The notes beneath the pieces were generated by a model. That model saw only the letters and a program-made list of their open reading frames with translations. It searched no databases and was not told the origin of the DNA. A stretch of DNA of 52,366 nucleotides from Rhizaria sp. SCN 62-66 (taxonomy: Eukaryota): contig MEDY01000204.1 of assembly GCA_001724265.1 (NCBI GenBank), forward strand, positions 1 through 52,366, written 5' to 3'. Positions 12,412 to 25,457 of the stretch are shown in pieces (the first letter of the stretch is position 1; each line of letters starts with the position of its first letter). Position numbers and translations under genes: made by a program.

Positions 12412-15400
12412 TTACTTAAAGTTGGAGAAGTCCATGGTGTCGTCCGAGGTGTCCCTGCGGTAGGCAACGACCTTGGGCTTCTTCATAATAGGCATTGGGG
12501 GAGCCGGGACTGCGCCCATAGTGGAGAGGCGGGGAGACGCTGACTCAGCGACGGAGTACAGGCCACCGCGCGGGTACGCACTGCTGCTCGCGACGTTGGT
12601 GACCGAGTCGCGGAGAGGACGCGCAGCCAGAGGAGATGCGGGCACGTTGCCGCCAACGCTGTAGCCAGCACTATTGCTGCTACTGCTCATGACGTGACGG
12701 CTGTGGGCGACCGGCATCGGCGGCAGCTGCGACTGCGAAGAGCTGGAGCTGGAGCTGCCGGTGGTCTGGAGCTCAAGCAGCTTGGCGCAGAGCTTCTTGT
12801 TGTCAGTGCGCGCCTTGGCGACCTTCTCCTCGAGGTCCACAATCTTGTCCTATAAGCGCAAAATATGACGCATTAAGAATAAAGGTGAGTTGGGCATGAG
12901 TTGGGGGTGCGTATGGAATACAAGTAAACTTGCTTCAAACTGGCTTGATGAGATATATCTTGCATGAATTGAGGAATGTGAATATGTGTCGTACCTGGGC
13001 GGCAGCGGCGTCTTCGCGGCTGTGGCGGTAGTTCTGATCGAGCGCACGGATACGGGATGAGAGCTCCGCAATCATCTCGCGGTTAGCGCGCGAGTCGTTC
13101 TCAAGCAGCTCGTTGCGGTGCTTCAACGTTGTCACGGCGGACTGCAGAGTGCGCGCAGTGTTGCGCTCCTCCTCGAGCTGCTGCGACGCCTCGTTGTAGC
13201 GGCTGAGGCCATCACGGTTGCTCCGTCTATAAAATGCAACGCAAAGAAACAAAGTGTCATTAAAAATGTGAGGTGTTAGAAAAATGGAGGACAAATTTTG
13301 TGTCCAAATTGTTTGTGGGAGTATGAAGCAAAGATAAACGTACGAAAGCTCCCTGACTTGCTCCGCGAGCCCGGTGTTGTCGGCGCGGAGCTTCGCGACG
13401 TCTCCCTCGCGGTCCTGACGCGACATCGCCATCATGCTCTTCATGCGCTCCTTCTCAGCCACGATCGAGGACTGGGCAAACGCCAGCTCCTTGCGCATCT
13501 TGTCCGCCATCGCGTTTGCCGCGGCGGCGTCGGCCTCGGCGTCACGCAGCCTGAGAGAGAAATGCAAAACGACAATAAGGAAAGTAGTATAAGGTAGAAG
13601 AATAAGTCAAGTTTTCAAGAGATAAGAGTTAAATTAACATCCATAATGAAATAGCAGACATGATAAATATAAGGAAAACACGTCTTTTGTTTCTCGTACC
13701 TCTGCTCGAGCACGCGCTCCGTCTCGCTGCGGGAGCTATTGGCGGCCTCACGCTTGGCGCGCTCCTCCTGGCGCGCCGCGTACAGCGCCTCATTGCGCGC
13801 CTCGCGCCGCGCGGCCTCGAGATTCGCCTGTGCGTTGTCCTCGGCGTCCTTAAGCGCTTCACGGATGACCTTGGCCTGTTGCACGCGCAGCGTCTCGGCG
13901 CGCGCGACGGCGACGTCGCGGGCCTTCTCGGCCTCAAGCTTGCCGTCGCGCGCAGAGTCCAGCGCCGTCTGCATCTCGCGCAGCTGGCGCCGGATGCTGT
14001 CGCTGCGCAGCTCGTCCTCGAGCGACGCCACGCGCGCCTGGTACATCGTCACCGTGGCGTCTTTGTCCGCGGACAGCTTCTTGACCATGGCCAGAGCCTA
14101 TGAAAGGAAAGCAAGATTGGAATGCGAAAACAGAGTGATATGAGTGACAGGTCATAGAAAGTGATATAAATGGATGTTAACGCAGTCAATAAACATGCTA
14201 GTTGCGAATGTCTGAGATAGAATCATGATCATTCATGAGATAGCATTTAATTTCAAGTCGGCATGTGGGTCATCGTGCGTACCTGAGTCTCATTGCGCTG
14301 CTTAACCTCCTGGAGCGCCGCGAGCGCAGCCCGCGCCGCATCGGCCTCCTCCTCAGCCGCGGCGGCCGCGGACTGCGCCTCGGCCTCGGACGCCGCGAGC
14401 GCGGCCTCCCGGTTTGCCGCCTCGCGGATCGACTTTAAGAGGGCCTCCCGCTCTTGTGCCCAGGCGCCGCGGTGGCGCTCGACGGCCTGCGCGGCCTCCT
14501 CCAGCTCGGCGGTGAGCTCGTTAACGCGCTGAGACAGCACGGCGCGCGCGACCTCCTCCTCCTGCTGCATAGCCTCGAAAGCCGACTTCTGCGCGCGCAG
14601 CTTCTGCTCCAGAGCGGTCGCATTGGCAGAGTCTTGCGCAGCCCTAGAGAAAACGGATGAAAGAAAACAAAATTGAAAGCAAAATACCGGTAAGACTCTT
14701 TCAGTTCAGAAAACAAACATAGGACAACCATAACACATATTATCTATGTCTGAATCTATAGCATTAGAGATTCGTTATAAGTCCGTGTGCCATTTACGTA
14801 CCTAGCCTCCTCAAGCTCGCGAACGAGCCCCGCAACGCGCCTCTCCGCGCGTGCGCGCTCGTCCTGCGTGTCCTGCGCGGCCCGCTCGGCGCGCGCACGC
14901 AAGGCCGCCACGGTCTCGGCGTTGGCGGCGAGGTCGCGGTGCAGCGACGCGACCGCCGCCTCGGCCTCAGACAGCCGCTCCTGCAGCCCCGTGGCGCGGC
15001 CCGAGGCCTCCGCGGCCGCCAGCCGGCCCTCGCGCGCGCTCGCGCTCGCGTCCTCGGCCTGCTTGGCGAGGCGCGCGCACTCAGCCTCGGCGTCGCCCGC
15101 GCGCTGCTGCGCCTGCGCAAGCGTGAACTCGATGTCGATGAGCTTCATCTCGCTCTCCTCCAGCCGCGCGCGCTCCGCCGACGCGGCAGCGTTGCGCATC
15201 GTAGCAGTGTCGCGCGCCGCGCGCGCAGCCTCCTCGGCGCTCGCCTTGGCGTCCGCCAGCATCTGCATCTTGAGCCGCATTGACTCGAGCTCGCTCTCGG
15301 CGGCGCGACGGGCCGACTCGGCCGCGCGCAACTCCTCACTCGAGACAGTCGCGGTCGCGCCGTCGCCGCCGGCGTTCTCCTCATCGGCCGTGGCACCGGC

Positions 15401-18310
15401 GCCGGTGGCTAGAAGCCGGTCGCGCTCAAGCCAGGCGTCGTCGCGCTCGAGCACGGCCTCGCCCAGCTGTGCGGTGAGCTCAGCGACCTTCTCCTGCAGC
15501 ACTTCGATCTGATCCACGCTGTCGGTCAGCCGGGCCAGCTGCTCGCTGTAGGCCTCGCGCGCGTCGGCCGCCTCTCTGGCCGCGCCGGACAGCTGCGCCG
15601 CCAGCGCACGCGCTTCGGCCACGGCGGCGTCGCGCGCGGCCGCGGCGGTGCGGTACGAAACCGACAAGTTCGCCTGCACCGATGAGTACACGGCGACGGT
15701 GCTCTCGAGGCGGGACTCAAGCAGGGCGATCGCGCGCTCGGCGTTAGCCTGAATGCTCACGTCGACGGTGCACACGTCATCATCTACGTCCTCCTCCTCG
15801 TCATTGTTGTCATTCGGATCAGCCGCATCGGCGCCGTCGTCCGACATCTTTCTCGGGCGGCTGAGCTTTTTGTTAAGCTTTGCCATGACGATGCGCTGGC
15901 GCGCAAGCTGGCGCGACGCGAGCTCGAACTCCTGCTGCAGCGCGCCGAGCCGCGCCTCGGCCTCGGCCTCGCGCGCCACGCGCAGCTCGCGGGCTTCTTG
16001 CGACTCCGCCGCGACGAGCTTCGCGCTGCCCACGACGCCGAACGCGAGCCCGCTGGCGTTGGAGAAGCCTGCGGCCGCGGCGGCCAGGGAGATGCGGCGG
16101 CGACGGTCGTTGGGACCGTTGGCGCGCGCATTGTCGTTGTTGTTGTGGCTCGCAGTGCTGGACAGGGCGGATTCGGCATCGAAGAACTCGTCCTCCTCGT
16201 CGTTGTCATCGTTGATAGCGCTAATGTCGTTCAGGTTGTCCGCGCCATCGACGGAAAACAGCGCGGCCGAGTCGGCGCTGCGCTTGGCGCCGCGGCCCGA
16301 CTTGAGCTCGCGGCTTAACTTCAGGTGCTGCTGGATGGCGGGGTCGCCCGACAGAGCGAACGAGTCATCCGCGCTGATGCCACTGGCGTTGTGCGCGGCG
16401 CTCTGCTGCAACGCCTGCATCATGCGTGCACTGATGGCGGCGTCGGTGGCCTGCGCAACGGCCTGCTCATAGCCGTCGTCGTCGTCATCATTGGCACCGC
16501 TGCCGCCGACGCGGAGACGGTTGGCGACGGCAGAGTCCAGACTCACGTCCAGCTCCTCCTCGTCGTCGTTGCCCGCGGTGCCGCCGGCAGCAGCCGTGGC
16601 AGATGCGGCGGCAGCGGCGGGGTGCTGTGAAGAGAGGCGGCGGCGTTTCGCGGTGGCCAACTCCTCCTCCAGCTGCGCCACGCGCGCGCGCAACCGCTGC
16701 ACCTCGCTCGCCTCGTCGGTCACGTTCTGAGACACCTTGTTCTGGATCTGCTTCGCGTTGGCCGCAAAACGCAGCGTGTTGCACGTCTCCGCCAGCTGCG
16801 GCGCCGCCGCGGTCGCGCAGCACAGGAACACGGTGCGGCAGTTGCCGCCGAGGGAGCCCTAGAATTTAGATCGGGAACAAAAGCATAAAAGGTCAAGGAT
16901 GTTAGTAATAGATCTTGAGATTTTGACAACATAAACTTACACCAAAATAACTTGTGGAAGCCATGTGTAACAAATATTGCAATGTCAGTTAAGTGATTCG
17001 GTTTCGTGATGTTCAGTTTCGTGATGTATCGCCGTACCTGCAGGATCTTCGTGAGAACCGAGTTGCGGTAGGAGCACGCCTCGCCGCGCGCGACGGAGCG
17101 GACAACCTTGCCCAGCTCCATGAGCGACGTGTTGATGCTGTTGGCCTCGCGCAGGCGCGCGCCCTGCGCGCCCGTCTTGGCCTGACGCTCCGAGCCGGCC
17201 AGGTCGACGAAGTTGAGGTGCGCAGAGAAGCGTTGTCCATAGCACTGCAGCGCCTCGTCAGTGACCTTGGAGGTAACAGAGAGGCGGAAAACAGCGTGCG
17301 AACGCGAGGAGTGCTCGTTCATGTTGGTTGCGGCAACCTTGCGGGACTCCTGGCCGAGTGCGAGCAGCTGGAACAGCTCCGCAACGGTGTTCGCTGTTGG
17401 TGGAATGGGTCGAATATGAACGAGAGAAAGAACAGAAGCGGAGAATTAAGCGTGCAAACGCGTGGTAACAAGTGACAAATATAGTGGTATGGTTACTAAA
17501 AGCAAGAAATACATTGGGGTAGCTGAAAAATCCAAATTGCAATTGAGCATCAAATCGTGGAACATTCTTGCATATCACAATGAAGACGGATTGTTCTGTA
17601 CTCGTAGTTCCAGAAGTATTGTCACTGCAAACGTTACGTACCTGGGCTGTTAGTGAGGTTAGCAGACTTGTTGCTAGGGTTCAACAGGTCGATGAGAGTC
17701 TCATTGTAAATCTCAAGGTAGCTGGCCTAAAAAGAGAGTGGAAGAGCGAGAAAGAAGCATTTTTGAAGCCTTGTGGGTAAGACGACAGGTGTTAGCAGTG
17801 AATATGACTCTGATCAAAGGTAAACTTTAGTGGGATGGATTCTAATTTATCTAAAGAAATATGTGATAACCCAAAATGTTGTTACATTGGTTCAGAAGAG
17901 CTGAGCTCTGATGGAGCCTGTAGAGTGAGCAACAAACGTACAGAGACGGTGTATGTGCGCGAGCGGTCCTCGGCGATGGTGTTGAAGATAACGTCGAACG
18001 CCTGCTGCATGATGCTGCGCATAGAAAACGTCTTGCCGGACGAGGTCTGTCCGTACGCGAAGATAGTGCCGTTGATGCCGCCCAGGGAGGAAGTGACGAC
18101 GTCCTTGGCAACGCTCGCGTAGACTTCCTCGTTAGTCGTCGCCGAGTCTAGGATACTGTCGAACTGCCAGGAGCCGTTCGCGGAGCTGTTGCCAGGGTCG
18201 CGCACCTGCACAGAGTGCGCATGGCGGTCGATTGTGACGTGACCGAGCTGCTCCGCCTCCTTCAAGGGGCGGAAACGGATCACGACGCGGACGCGGTCGT
18301 GACTGGCCAT
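12412..18310 (-). CDS. N-terminal-motor kinesin with long coiled-coil stalk, kinesin-7/CENP-E-like, about 1500 aa; exons 18310-17942, 17726-17642, 17393-17038, 16858-14802, 14643-14283, 14097-13700, 13550-13344, 13226-12995, 12849-12412
   Basis: RVVIRFRP, P-loop AYGQTSSGKT, YLEIYNE, switch I NEHSSRSH, switch II DLAGSE, LQGSLGGN, TLRFA. Eight introns with GTACG donors all keep frame. The subfamily call is inference. Confidence 0.92.
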
Positions 18311-18456
18311 CTGTGTCAAAAGAAAAATGAACGGTTTGGAGTAGATACGAAAAGAAACAAGGTATTATTAAAGGGAAATATTTTCTCGTGTATATTAATT
18401 CTATATTTACTGCTAGCACTCTAAAATTACGGGGATTGATGGAGATATTGTGAGCG

Positions 18457-18525
18457 CCAATCATGCTTCAAGGCACGGCACCCGCCAATCCACTGGCCAA
18501 CGGCTATATCCCGCCAACCGTTAGA
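18457..18525 (-). promoter_or_regulatory. Putative G2/M-type promoter of the kinesin: two CCAAT boxes, two MSA/Myb-like sites and one CHR-like hexamer
   Basis: CCAAT at 18457-18461 and 18485-18489; GCCAACGGCTA at 18496-18506; TCTAACGGTTG on the minus strand at 18515-18525; CTTGAA on the minus strand at 18467-18472. Confidence 0.5.
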
Positions 18526-18674
18526 GTGCGGGTGCAACCACTAGTTAGAAGGATATATCCAGCAATCTCAACCTCAATCAAAGAAATACACGGAATTCGA
18601 AACAAATTCAATCTAATGTATTCTTTATCAAATTTAAAACTGTGCAGATATCTGAGAGGACTCTCAAAGGCCTC

Positions 18675-20470
18675 TTACAGGGCCTTGCTCTCGGTGGCAG
18701 CCTCACTCTGGATCTCGCCCTTCTTCTTCTGGTTGGCCTCGAGCGCGAGGTGGAGCGCGCCGACAGCGCCGGCCGTGGTGTTGGAGCCCTCTCCGTTCAT
18801 GATTGAGGGCACGATGTACGTCTCCACGCCCTCAATCACGCGCTTGAGCTGGATGTACCCGTTGAGGATCTCGAGCGTCTGCGCGCGGATCTTGGGGAAT
18901 AGGGACAGCCGCGTGAGAAGCCCGCCGCCAAGGACGATGACGTGCGGGGACACGAAGAGCGTGAGCTGCGCGCAGAGCTGCGCCAGGTAGTAAGCCTCCC
19001 AGTCCCACGCCGGGTGCGCGTCGGGCACCGCGGCGAGCTGCGCTGGGGGCACGCCCGCCTTGGCCGCCACGGCCGCGGCGTTGGCCAGGCCTGGGAGAAC
19101 GCGAAAAAGGAGGGGATATATCGGTGGTATGAGAATTGTGTTGAATTAAAAGTGTGTGACATATATATATATATATATATATTATAATAATAATTTAGCT
19201 ACATTTCGAAATATACATTCGAGAAATCATTATTGTGTCTCCCAGGCTTCGATGAAGTGGAGTGCATTCGACGGACCTTCGAGGCAGTCAGCGTGGAAGG
19301 GGCAGTCGCCCTTGTAGTCGGTGTCGTCCCTGTGGCGGCGCGGGTAAAAGTGCCCGCCCTCAGGGTGCAGCGCTCCCGTCACGGGGGCGCCGTTGACGAC
19401 GAGTCCGACGCCGATGCCCGTGCCCACGGTCACGTAAGCCAGAGTGCTCACGTCGCTGTGTGCATGTTTGTGTGTGTGTGCGCGTTGATGGGTGTGCAAG
19501 GTGATGATGTAAAACAAGACAAGGCAAGAAGTAGGGTGAGTGATGAATTAGTGATGATATCGAGATAAAGCGGGTTCGGACAAGTAGGTTAGACCACGGA
19601 CTAGAATGTACTCGCAGTGAACACTACTGTGGCGAGCATCTATCAAAAATGAAACTTGTGTGTACACACACCTTGCATGGCCACCGTAGTGAACCTCAGC
19701 AATGGCAGCAGCGTTGACATCCGTGGTGAAGCCAAAGGGAATGTCGACGAGGCCAGCCTCAGCCTGTGAGCGGTGACAGAGCGAAGCAAAGTCAAGCAAA
19801 GCAAGAGTCGCGAATGAGCGTATGAGATGAGAAACTATACTTTTAAAGAGTCTTGATAACGTGATAACCGTATTTGGTCGATAAATGGTGCGCGCAGAGT
19901 CAATTGGCATAGTATACTAAGAGACTGACACTACAACAATCAATATATTTTCAGTAATCTGTTACAATAAAAACGTACGAGCTTGGCCTTGAGGGTGCCC
20001 AGCACGTTCGTGTCGCGCCAGCCGTGCTTGGGCGTCGAGGTGATGTACCCGTAGGTCGCGCTGCTGGCGTCCAGGTCCACGGGTCCAAATGACGCGACGC
20101 CGACGGCCGTGACGCGCCAGGCGGCGAGCTGCGCAGCCACCGCGGCGAGGGTTTCGCTGGGGGTAGTGGTCGGGATGGCCACCTGCTGCGCCACGTCGCG
20201 CGGGTTCCCGCTCACAGAGAGCGACACCGCAAACGACGTGCCACTAACAAGGGGCGCGTGGTAACATAATTTTCAGTGAAGAGTCGTTGAGTGAAGATTC
20301 AGTGAGGTGACAGGCTGTGTTTGATGCGGGTGTGAAGGGGCTTGTGTCAAAGTGGACAAGAAGGAAAGACGATGTCTCTTGCGATAGAAGCAGGGTCATG
20401 GGAAGTGTGGCAAAGAAAGAAAGCTTGCGTACCCAGCTTCAACACCACCAAGACGAATCTCGGTCGCCAT
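18675..20470 (-). CDS. ROK-family fructokinase (bacterial ScrK/YdhR type), 329 aa; exons 20470-20433, 20243-19979, 19763-19672, 19455-19277, 19090-18675
   Basis: LGGVEAGGTSF, GVASFGPVDL...YGYITSTPKHGW, TDVNAAA, YVTVGTGIG, zinc motif HPEGGH...CPFHADCLEGLA, IVLGGG. Four frame-preserving introns. Confidence 0.93.
19161..19182. repeat. (AT)n microsatellite in fructokinase intron 4
   Basis: A run of about 10 AT units. Confidence 0.9.
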
Positions 20471-20885
20471 ACTCTTAGAAAACGAAACGCAGAAGGAGAT
20501 AGCAACGTGGACAGGGAGACAAGGTGGCGACTAGGCGATAAGAGATATTTCTGAATCTACTGACTACCAATAGTATACTCATATCCTGATCATAATTCAT
20601 GGATATGACTGAGAGACATGTTTTACGGTTGAATTGTTTCTGTAGTGCCGCTGACCGTGTCTGTAATGCAGGGTATATGAGTGGATTTTCCAGCCTGGTT
20701 GTGCCGTTGTTGTTGTGGGTGGTACTTGGACGTATAAGGTTCATATTGCTATATATACATCCATTCCGTGGTCGTAATTTAAGAATATTACGTATTCTCA
20801 TATTTTATGATCTTAATCGTTTCCATAGCGCTCTTGTCGGTCCTCACATCACAGGGCTCGCTGTTCAATATCTGCGCCTGACGCT
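20471..20885. promoter_or_regulatory. Divergent (bidirectional) promoter region between the fructokinase and DHHC genes
   Basis: A 415-nt AT-rich spacer between head-to-head ATGs. Confidence 0.5.
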
Positions 20886-23800
20886 ATGTCAGCTCAGGAC
20901 CTCGCCGGCAGCGACAAACACGGCCCTGCACCGCCACCACTATTTTCTGGTTCGATAGCTGGCTTTGTAAACCCGTTTGCACCGACGCAATTTAGCGGCG
21001 CGCCGGGTGCGAATGTTTATGAGCCTAACGGCGGCTCGTCGGCGCATGTTTTGAGGTCTTTCCCTGTGACGCCCGTTGCATCTGCCGCAGGTGTGCTAGG
21101 AGCAGCGCTACCGCCGTATAACCCGTTCGCACCACACAGCAGCATGGTGGGCGCGACAAAACTTTCCGTTAGCAACCCCTTCGTGTCAGGATCCCCCTTG
21201 CCAGGCCAGTTCCCTGCTCCTCACACAGTGCCTGTTGCGGCGTCCACAACCACCACCGCTGTAAACGCGAGTGCGGGCGCGGGCGCTAACGTCAGGACCG
21301 ATGCTAGTGCTGGTAGCCGGGCGGTGATAGAGCCGCAAACGCTTGCGTTCAGCCGTGCGCCGGGTCCCCGCCCCTCTACTACGATAGGTGGGCCGAGAGA
21401 GGCACAGCAATGGCAACAGCTCGAGCAGGACCATGAACGAACCCAGAGGCGTGGCCACGGTCACGGCCACGGCCACAGCTGTCACGGGAACGGGCACGGC
21501 CACGTGCCTGCGGCGGCTTTGTTGCAGGCCCATGGGCAAGACCACGATCCCAGTCTGGGGCTGGAGCAAGGTCCGGGTCCCCTTGCCGCAAACAATGCGA
21601 ATAAAAACGGGTTAAGCATGCCTAACGCTAACGCCCGCAGCCACAGCCACCATTACAACCCTTCTGCCCACAGCCTCTCTGCCACCCCTGCGGCGGCGAC
21701 GTCGAGCGTGACGGCGCTGGCGGCGGAGCTGCTCCCGGCACAGCTCTCCGCGCTGCTGCGCGCGATGCCGCATGCGGCCTCGGCGCTCGCGCGGCTGGCG
21801 GGCTACTTCTTCATCCTCGCCGCGTGGGTCATCCTCGCCGCGTTCATCGTGGCTTACTTCACCGCAATCATCCCCGCGCTCGGCGCGACGCCCTTCAAGG
21901 GCACGCTCATCCTCGCCCCTCTCGCCCCTGTGGCAGCAGCATCAACAGCAGCAGCATCAGCAGTGGCGCAAACTTCAGGCACGGACAGCGTGTTGGCGAC
22001 TGCGGTTACGCTCACCGCGGCGGCGCGCGCGCTGCTGTCTGCGCTCAGCGCTCTGGGGGTGCTGCCACGGTCGCTCGCCGACGTGCCCGACCACCCGGCC
22101 CGGGGGCGGCTTGACTTCGAACGCCTGCCGAGGCGGCTTATTCTCGAACCCGCGCCTAACCAACACGCAACAGCAAACGACAGCGATGACAGCGTCAATG
22201 ATGCGAGCACGCGCGCTCTCATGAATCCAGCGAGCCCTTCTGCTGACGGTCTCAGGAGTGTTGTGTGGTTCGACTTGAATCTCGTGTCAGTGTCGATGCC
22301 ACCCGACTCCGACACTGAGAGCGGCGCTGACTCGCATGCTGGCAGTGGCATGGGCGCGGAGACGAGCGCGAACGCCGGCGCTGGCACAGCCTCGTCGTCA
22401 CCGTCAACGTCACCGTCGTCGTCGTCGTCGCTTCACGTGGAGGTTAACCCCAGCTGGGTGATGCTCGCCATATACGGCCTCTACCTCTGGGTGACTGTCG
22501 TCTCGAGCCACGCCGCCGCCGTCTTCGTCCGCCCCGGCTCCGCGCCGCGCGACGCAGACGCCAGCGCCGGCCGCTTCCTCGCCACGCTCCTCCGCCGGCT
22601 GCGGCACGGGGGCGCATCGCCCGCATCCTTAGACGACGGGGTAAGTAGCGCGGTGGCCGCTGATGCGAGGGGTGCGAACGCGCGGTCGCACCGGCTAAAT
22701 ACCCCCTTAGACGGCTCCGGCGCGACGACGGCAGCGAGGCCGCCGCTGCCCGCGCCCGTGTGCTTTAAGTGCCCGCTGCCGGTGCAGGCCGCGCGCGTAG
22801 CTCTGCCCGCCACCGGCGTGGCCGCCAGCTCCGCGAGTGCGAGCGCGAATGCGAGCGCGGGTGCTGAGGAAACTGATGCTGCGGCTGCTGCTGTTGCCAA
22901 GGCTGCGGCAGTGGTTACCGCGAAGGCCGTGCAGCACCACCAAGCGGTGCTCAAACAGCAGCAGCACCGCCTCTTCTCGCTGCCCTGCAGCAACAGCAAC
23001 GGCGACTGCCACGGCGTCAGCGGCAGGGATAGTACGGTGAGCGACACGGGCGCGATCGTGAGCGCGAGTGGACACGGGCTGTGGTCGCATCAGTTCGCCG
23101 CGGCGCTGCTGCAGGACAGCGGAACTCACATGATGTCGCGGGAGGTGCTTACGCGGGACTTCTCGGCGCTGCTCGACGCGGCGGCGGGCTCATCGCAGTA
23201 TAAGAGCCTACTGCAGCCCACGGTCGTCGCCGCCACCGCCACGGCTGCACCTGCCCAGAGTGGCGGCGAAAGCGCGCCTGCGGCTACTGTGAACGGCGTC
23301 GTGCTGCCGCCCTCAGTCACGTCAATGACGCTCAGGTCGCTTTTGCTGACGCAGCGCGACAGCGGCACCACCGCGAACATGAACAGCAACAACTCCAACA
23401 CTGCAAGCCACGCCCAGCTCGCTCACTCTAATGTTACCTCTGCGCACGGCGTCGCGGTGTCGCCGCACGCGATGGCTCTGCTGGCGTCGTTCGCGCCCAA
23501 GCCGCCGCGTGCACACCACTGCTCCGTGTGCAACGCGTGTGTGGCGCGCATGGACCACCACTGCCCCTGGCTGGGCACCTGCGTCGGCCGGCGCAACCAC
23601 CGCTTCTTCGTGCTGCTGCTGCTTTGGGTGACCGTGGGCGCGGGCTACATTATCGCGCTCGCCACGGGCGTCATGATGGCGCAGGAGCCCCGCGCGGTGC
23701 AGTGGGGCGGCGTTGCCACGGTCGCCGTGCGGCTAAGTGTCGCGCAGAATCTAAGTACCGACGCGGATCGAAGTACCCCGCATGGCGTCGACACGGTTGG

Positions 23801-25457
23801 CTTCAGCAAAGACGGAAGTCTGAGTGAATCGAATAAGCTTGTTACTCATGAGGATCGCGGAAGTATTTACAATAGTTTTGGAGTTGGTTTGTTGGCAATG
23901 CCTACCGACTTCATCACTGCACCTGCCAGCTTGACTGTAACTGTGCCTGCTAGCGTAGAGGCGGCGTCTGCGGCGACAATGGGCACGGCAGACACTGGAG
24001 AACCCGTGGCAACTCCATCCGCCCCCAACACTAACCAGCAGCTGGGCGGCATGGGCGTCTTTTTTCGATCCAGCAGCGCGATCGTGTTCTGCGGCGTGAT
24101 GGCGGCGTCGTTCGGGCTCGGCGTTAGCTGCTTGCTGCTGCTGCACGTCTTCCTTGTCTGCACTGCGCGCACCACGTTGGAGCTCTTCTCGGGCATCGGC
24201 GTCAAGCTCAGCCGCCGCCGAGGGGACGACGCGGACGGTGAGCACCACCACAACAACAGCGGCGGCAGCAGCAGCGACAGCGGCATCAGCGGCGGCGGTG
24301 CGCACGGGCGCTCTTTGGCGCTCGACAGCGACTCGGAGAGCGACGCCGGCAGCGACGACTTCGACGGCAGCGCCAGCGACGACGACTATGATTATGCCGA
24401 TGACAACGACAACGGTGACGCTGAGTCTGGCGAGAGCATTCGTCTTGCGAACGGCAACGGCGTTGCGCTAGTCGGTGACGGTGGTAACGAGGAAGACGAA
24501 GAGGACGGCGTCGCCGTCACTGACAAGACTCGCTTCCTCTCCTCTTCAGTCGCTGCCGCCCCCCGAGACAGCAGTCAGCTTTGTCGCCCACGCTCTCGGT
24601 CTTGGTCTCAACGGCGCTCTCACCGTGACAGCGATCTCTGTCGCCGACTATGCCCGGTCTGGCTGCCGCGGCTCCTGCGCCGCTGCGCGCGCCGACTGCC
24701 GCTCTTGCGCCGCTTCGCCCCGCAGCCGTCGCCCTACGACCGCGGCGGCGTCGTGCGCAACCTCGAGATCGTCTTCGGCGCCCCCTACGCGCTCCCGCCG
24801 AAGTTAAGTCGCGTGCTGGGCATGGACAAGAGCGGCGGCGAGGACAGCCGCGTTCGGAGTAGCTACGGCTACAACAAGCGCGACGCCAGTGCGAGTGCGA
24901 TGCGCGGCGACGCAGAGAGTGTCATCAGTCGCCCTCGTCGTCGTCATGATCGTCATCCCTCCTCTCACGGCAACGCTCTGCTCGCGTCCCCGACTCAGGG
25001 TCCGTACCGGCGCCGCCAGTCCGCGCGCCCCTCAGACGCTTCCGCGCCGCCCGCGCAGCAGCTGGCGGCGCAGCGGCTGCGGCGCTGGTCTCTCGCGGCC
25101 GGCCGCTGGCTGCGCGCGCTGTGCGCTGTGGCGCTGATCGCACTGGGCACGCTGGCGAAGTGGGGCGTGCTGGGCGGGCCCGCAGTGCTCTGGGCCGCGG
25201 AGCTGCCGCTGCCCTTCGAGGGCGAGGACGCGGACGCGGACGGGGACGGCGACGGGGACTGGGAGCGCGACGGCAGTGACGGCACAGCTGCTGCTAGCAC
25301 GAGCGCGGGTGCGAGCGCGAGCGCGAGTCCGAGTGCAAGTGCTGTTGCGGCTGCCGGTGTGGGCGCGGAATCCTGGGTGGGGCTCGTACATGCGCACTTG
25401 CTGCAAGGGACGCTGCCGACCGAGGCGCCGCGCAATGCCGTTAGGCTCCGCAGCTGA
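20886..25457 (+). CDS. DHHC-type protein S-acyltransferase with large low-complexity expansions, 1523 aa, single exon
   Basis: [37 protein letters not shown]; four flanking TM segments; TTxE motif (RTTLE); PaCCT-like [17 protein letters not shown]. Confidence 0.92.
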   Translation: MSAQDLAGSDKHGPAPPPLFSGSIAGFVNPFAPTQFSGAPGANVYEPNGGSSAHVLRSFPVTPVASAAGVLGAALPPYNPFAPHSSMVGATKLSVSNPFVSGSPLPGQFPAPHTVPVAASTTTTAVNASAGAGANVRTDASAGSRAVIEPQTLAFSRAPGPRPSTTIGGPREAQQWQQLEQDHERTQRRGHGHGHGHSCHGNGHGHVPAAALLQAHGQDHDPSLGLEQGPGPLAANNANKNGLSMPNANARSHSHHYNPSAHSLSATPAAATSSVTALAAELLPAQLSALLRAMPHAASALARLAGYFFILAAWVILAAFIVAYFTAIIPALGATPFKGTLILAPLAPVAAASTAAASAVAQTSGTDSVLATAVTLTAAARALLSALSALGVLPRSLADVPDHPARGRLDFERLPRRLILEPAPNQHATANDSDDSVNDASTRALMNPASPSADGLRSVVWFDLNLVSVSMPPDSDTESGADSHAGSGMGAETSANAGAGTASSSPSTSPSSSSSLHVEVNPSWVMLAIYGLYLWVTVVSSHAAAVFVRPGSAPRDADASAGRFLATLLRRLRHGGASPASLDDGVSSAVAADARGANARSHRLNTPLDGSGATTAARPPLPAPVCFKCPLPVQAARVALPATGVAASSASASANASAGAEETDAAAAAVAKAAAVVTAKAVQHHQAVLKQQQHRLFSLPCSNSNGDCHGVSGRDSTVSDTGAIVSASGHGLWSHQFAAALLQDSGTHMMSREVLTRDFSALLDAAAGSSQYKSLLQPTVVAATATAAPAQSGGESAPAATVNGVVLPPSVTSMTLRSLLLTQRDSGTTANMNSNNSNTASHAQLAHSNVTSAHGVAVSPHAMALLASFAPKPPRAHHCSVCNACVARMDHHCPWLGTCVGRRNHRFFVLLLLWVTVGAGYIIALATGVMMAQEPRAVQWGGVATVAVRLSVAQNLSTDADRSTPHGVDTVGFSKDGSLSESNKLVTHEDRGSIYNSFGVGLLAMPTDFITAPASLTVTVPASVEAASAATMGTADTGEPVATPSAPNTNQQLGGMGVFFRSSSAIVFCGVMAASFGLGVSCLLLLHVFLVCTARTTLELFSGIGVKLSRRRGDDADGEHHHNNSGGSSSDSGISGGGAHGRSLALDSDSESDAGSDDFDGSASDDDYDYADDNDNGDAESGESIRLANGNGVALVGDGGNEEDEEDGVAVTDKTRFLSSSVAAAPRDSSQLCRPRSRSWSQRRSHRDSDLCRRLCPVWLPRLLRRCARRLPLLRRFAPQPSPYDRGGVVRNLEIVFGAPYALPPKLSRVLGMDKSGGEDSRVRSSYGYNKRDASASAMRGDAESVISRPRRRHDRHPSSHGNALLASPTQGPYRRRQSARPSDASAPPAQQLAAQRLRRWSLAAGRWLRALCAVALIALGTLAKWGVLGGPAVLWAAELPLPFEGEDADADGDGDGDWERDGSDGTAAASTSAGASASASPSASAVAAAGVGAESWVGLVHAHLLQGTLPTEAPRNAVRLRS

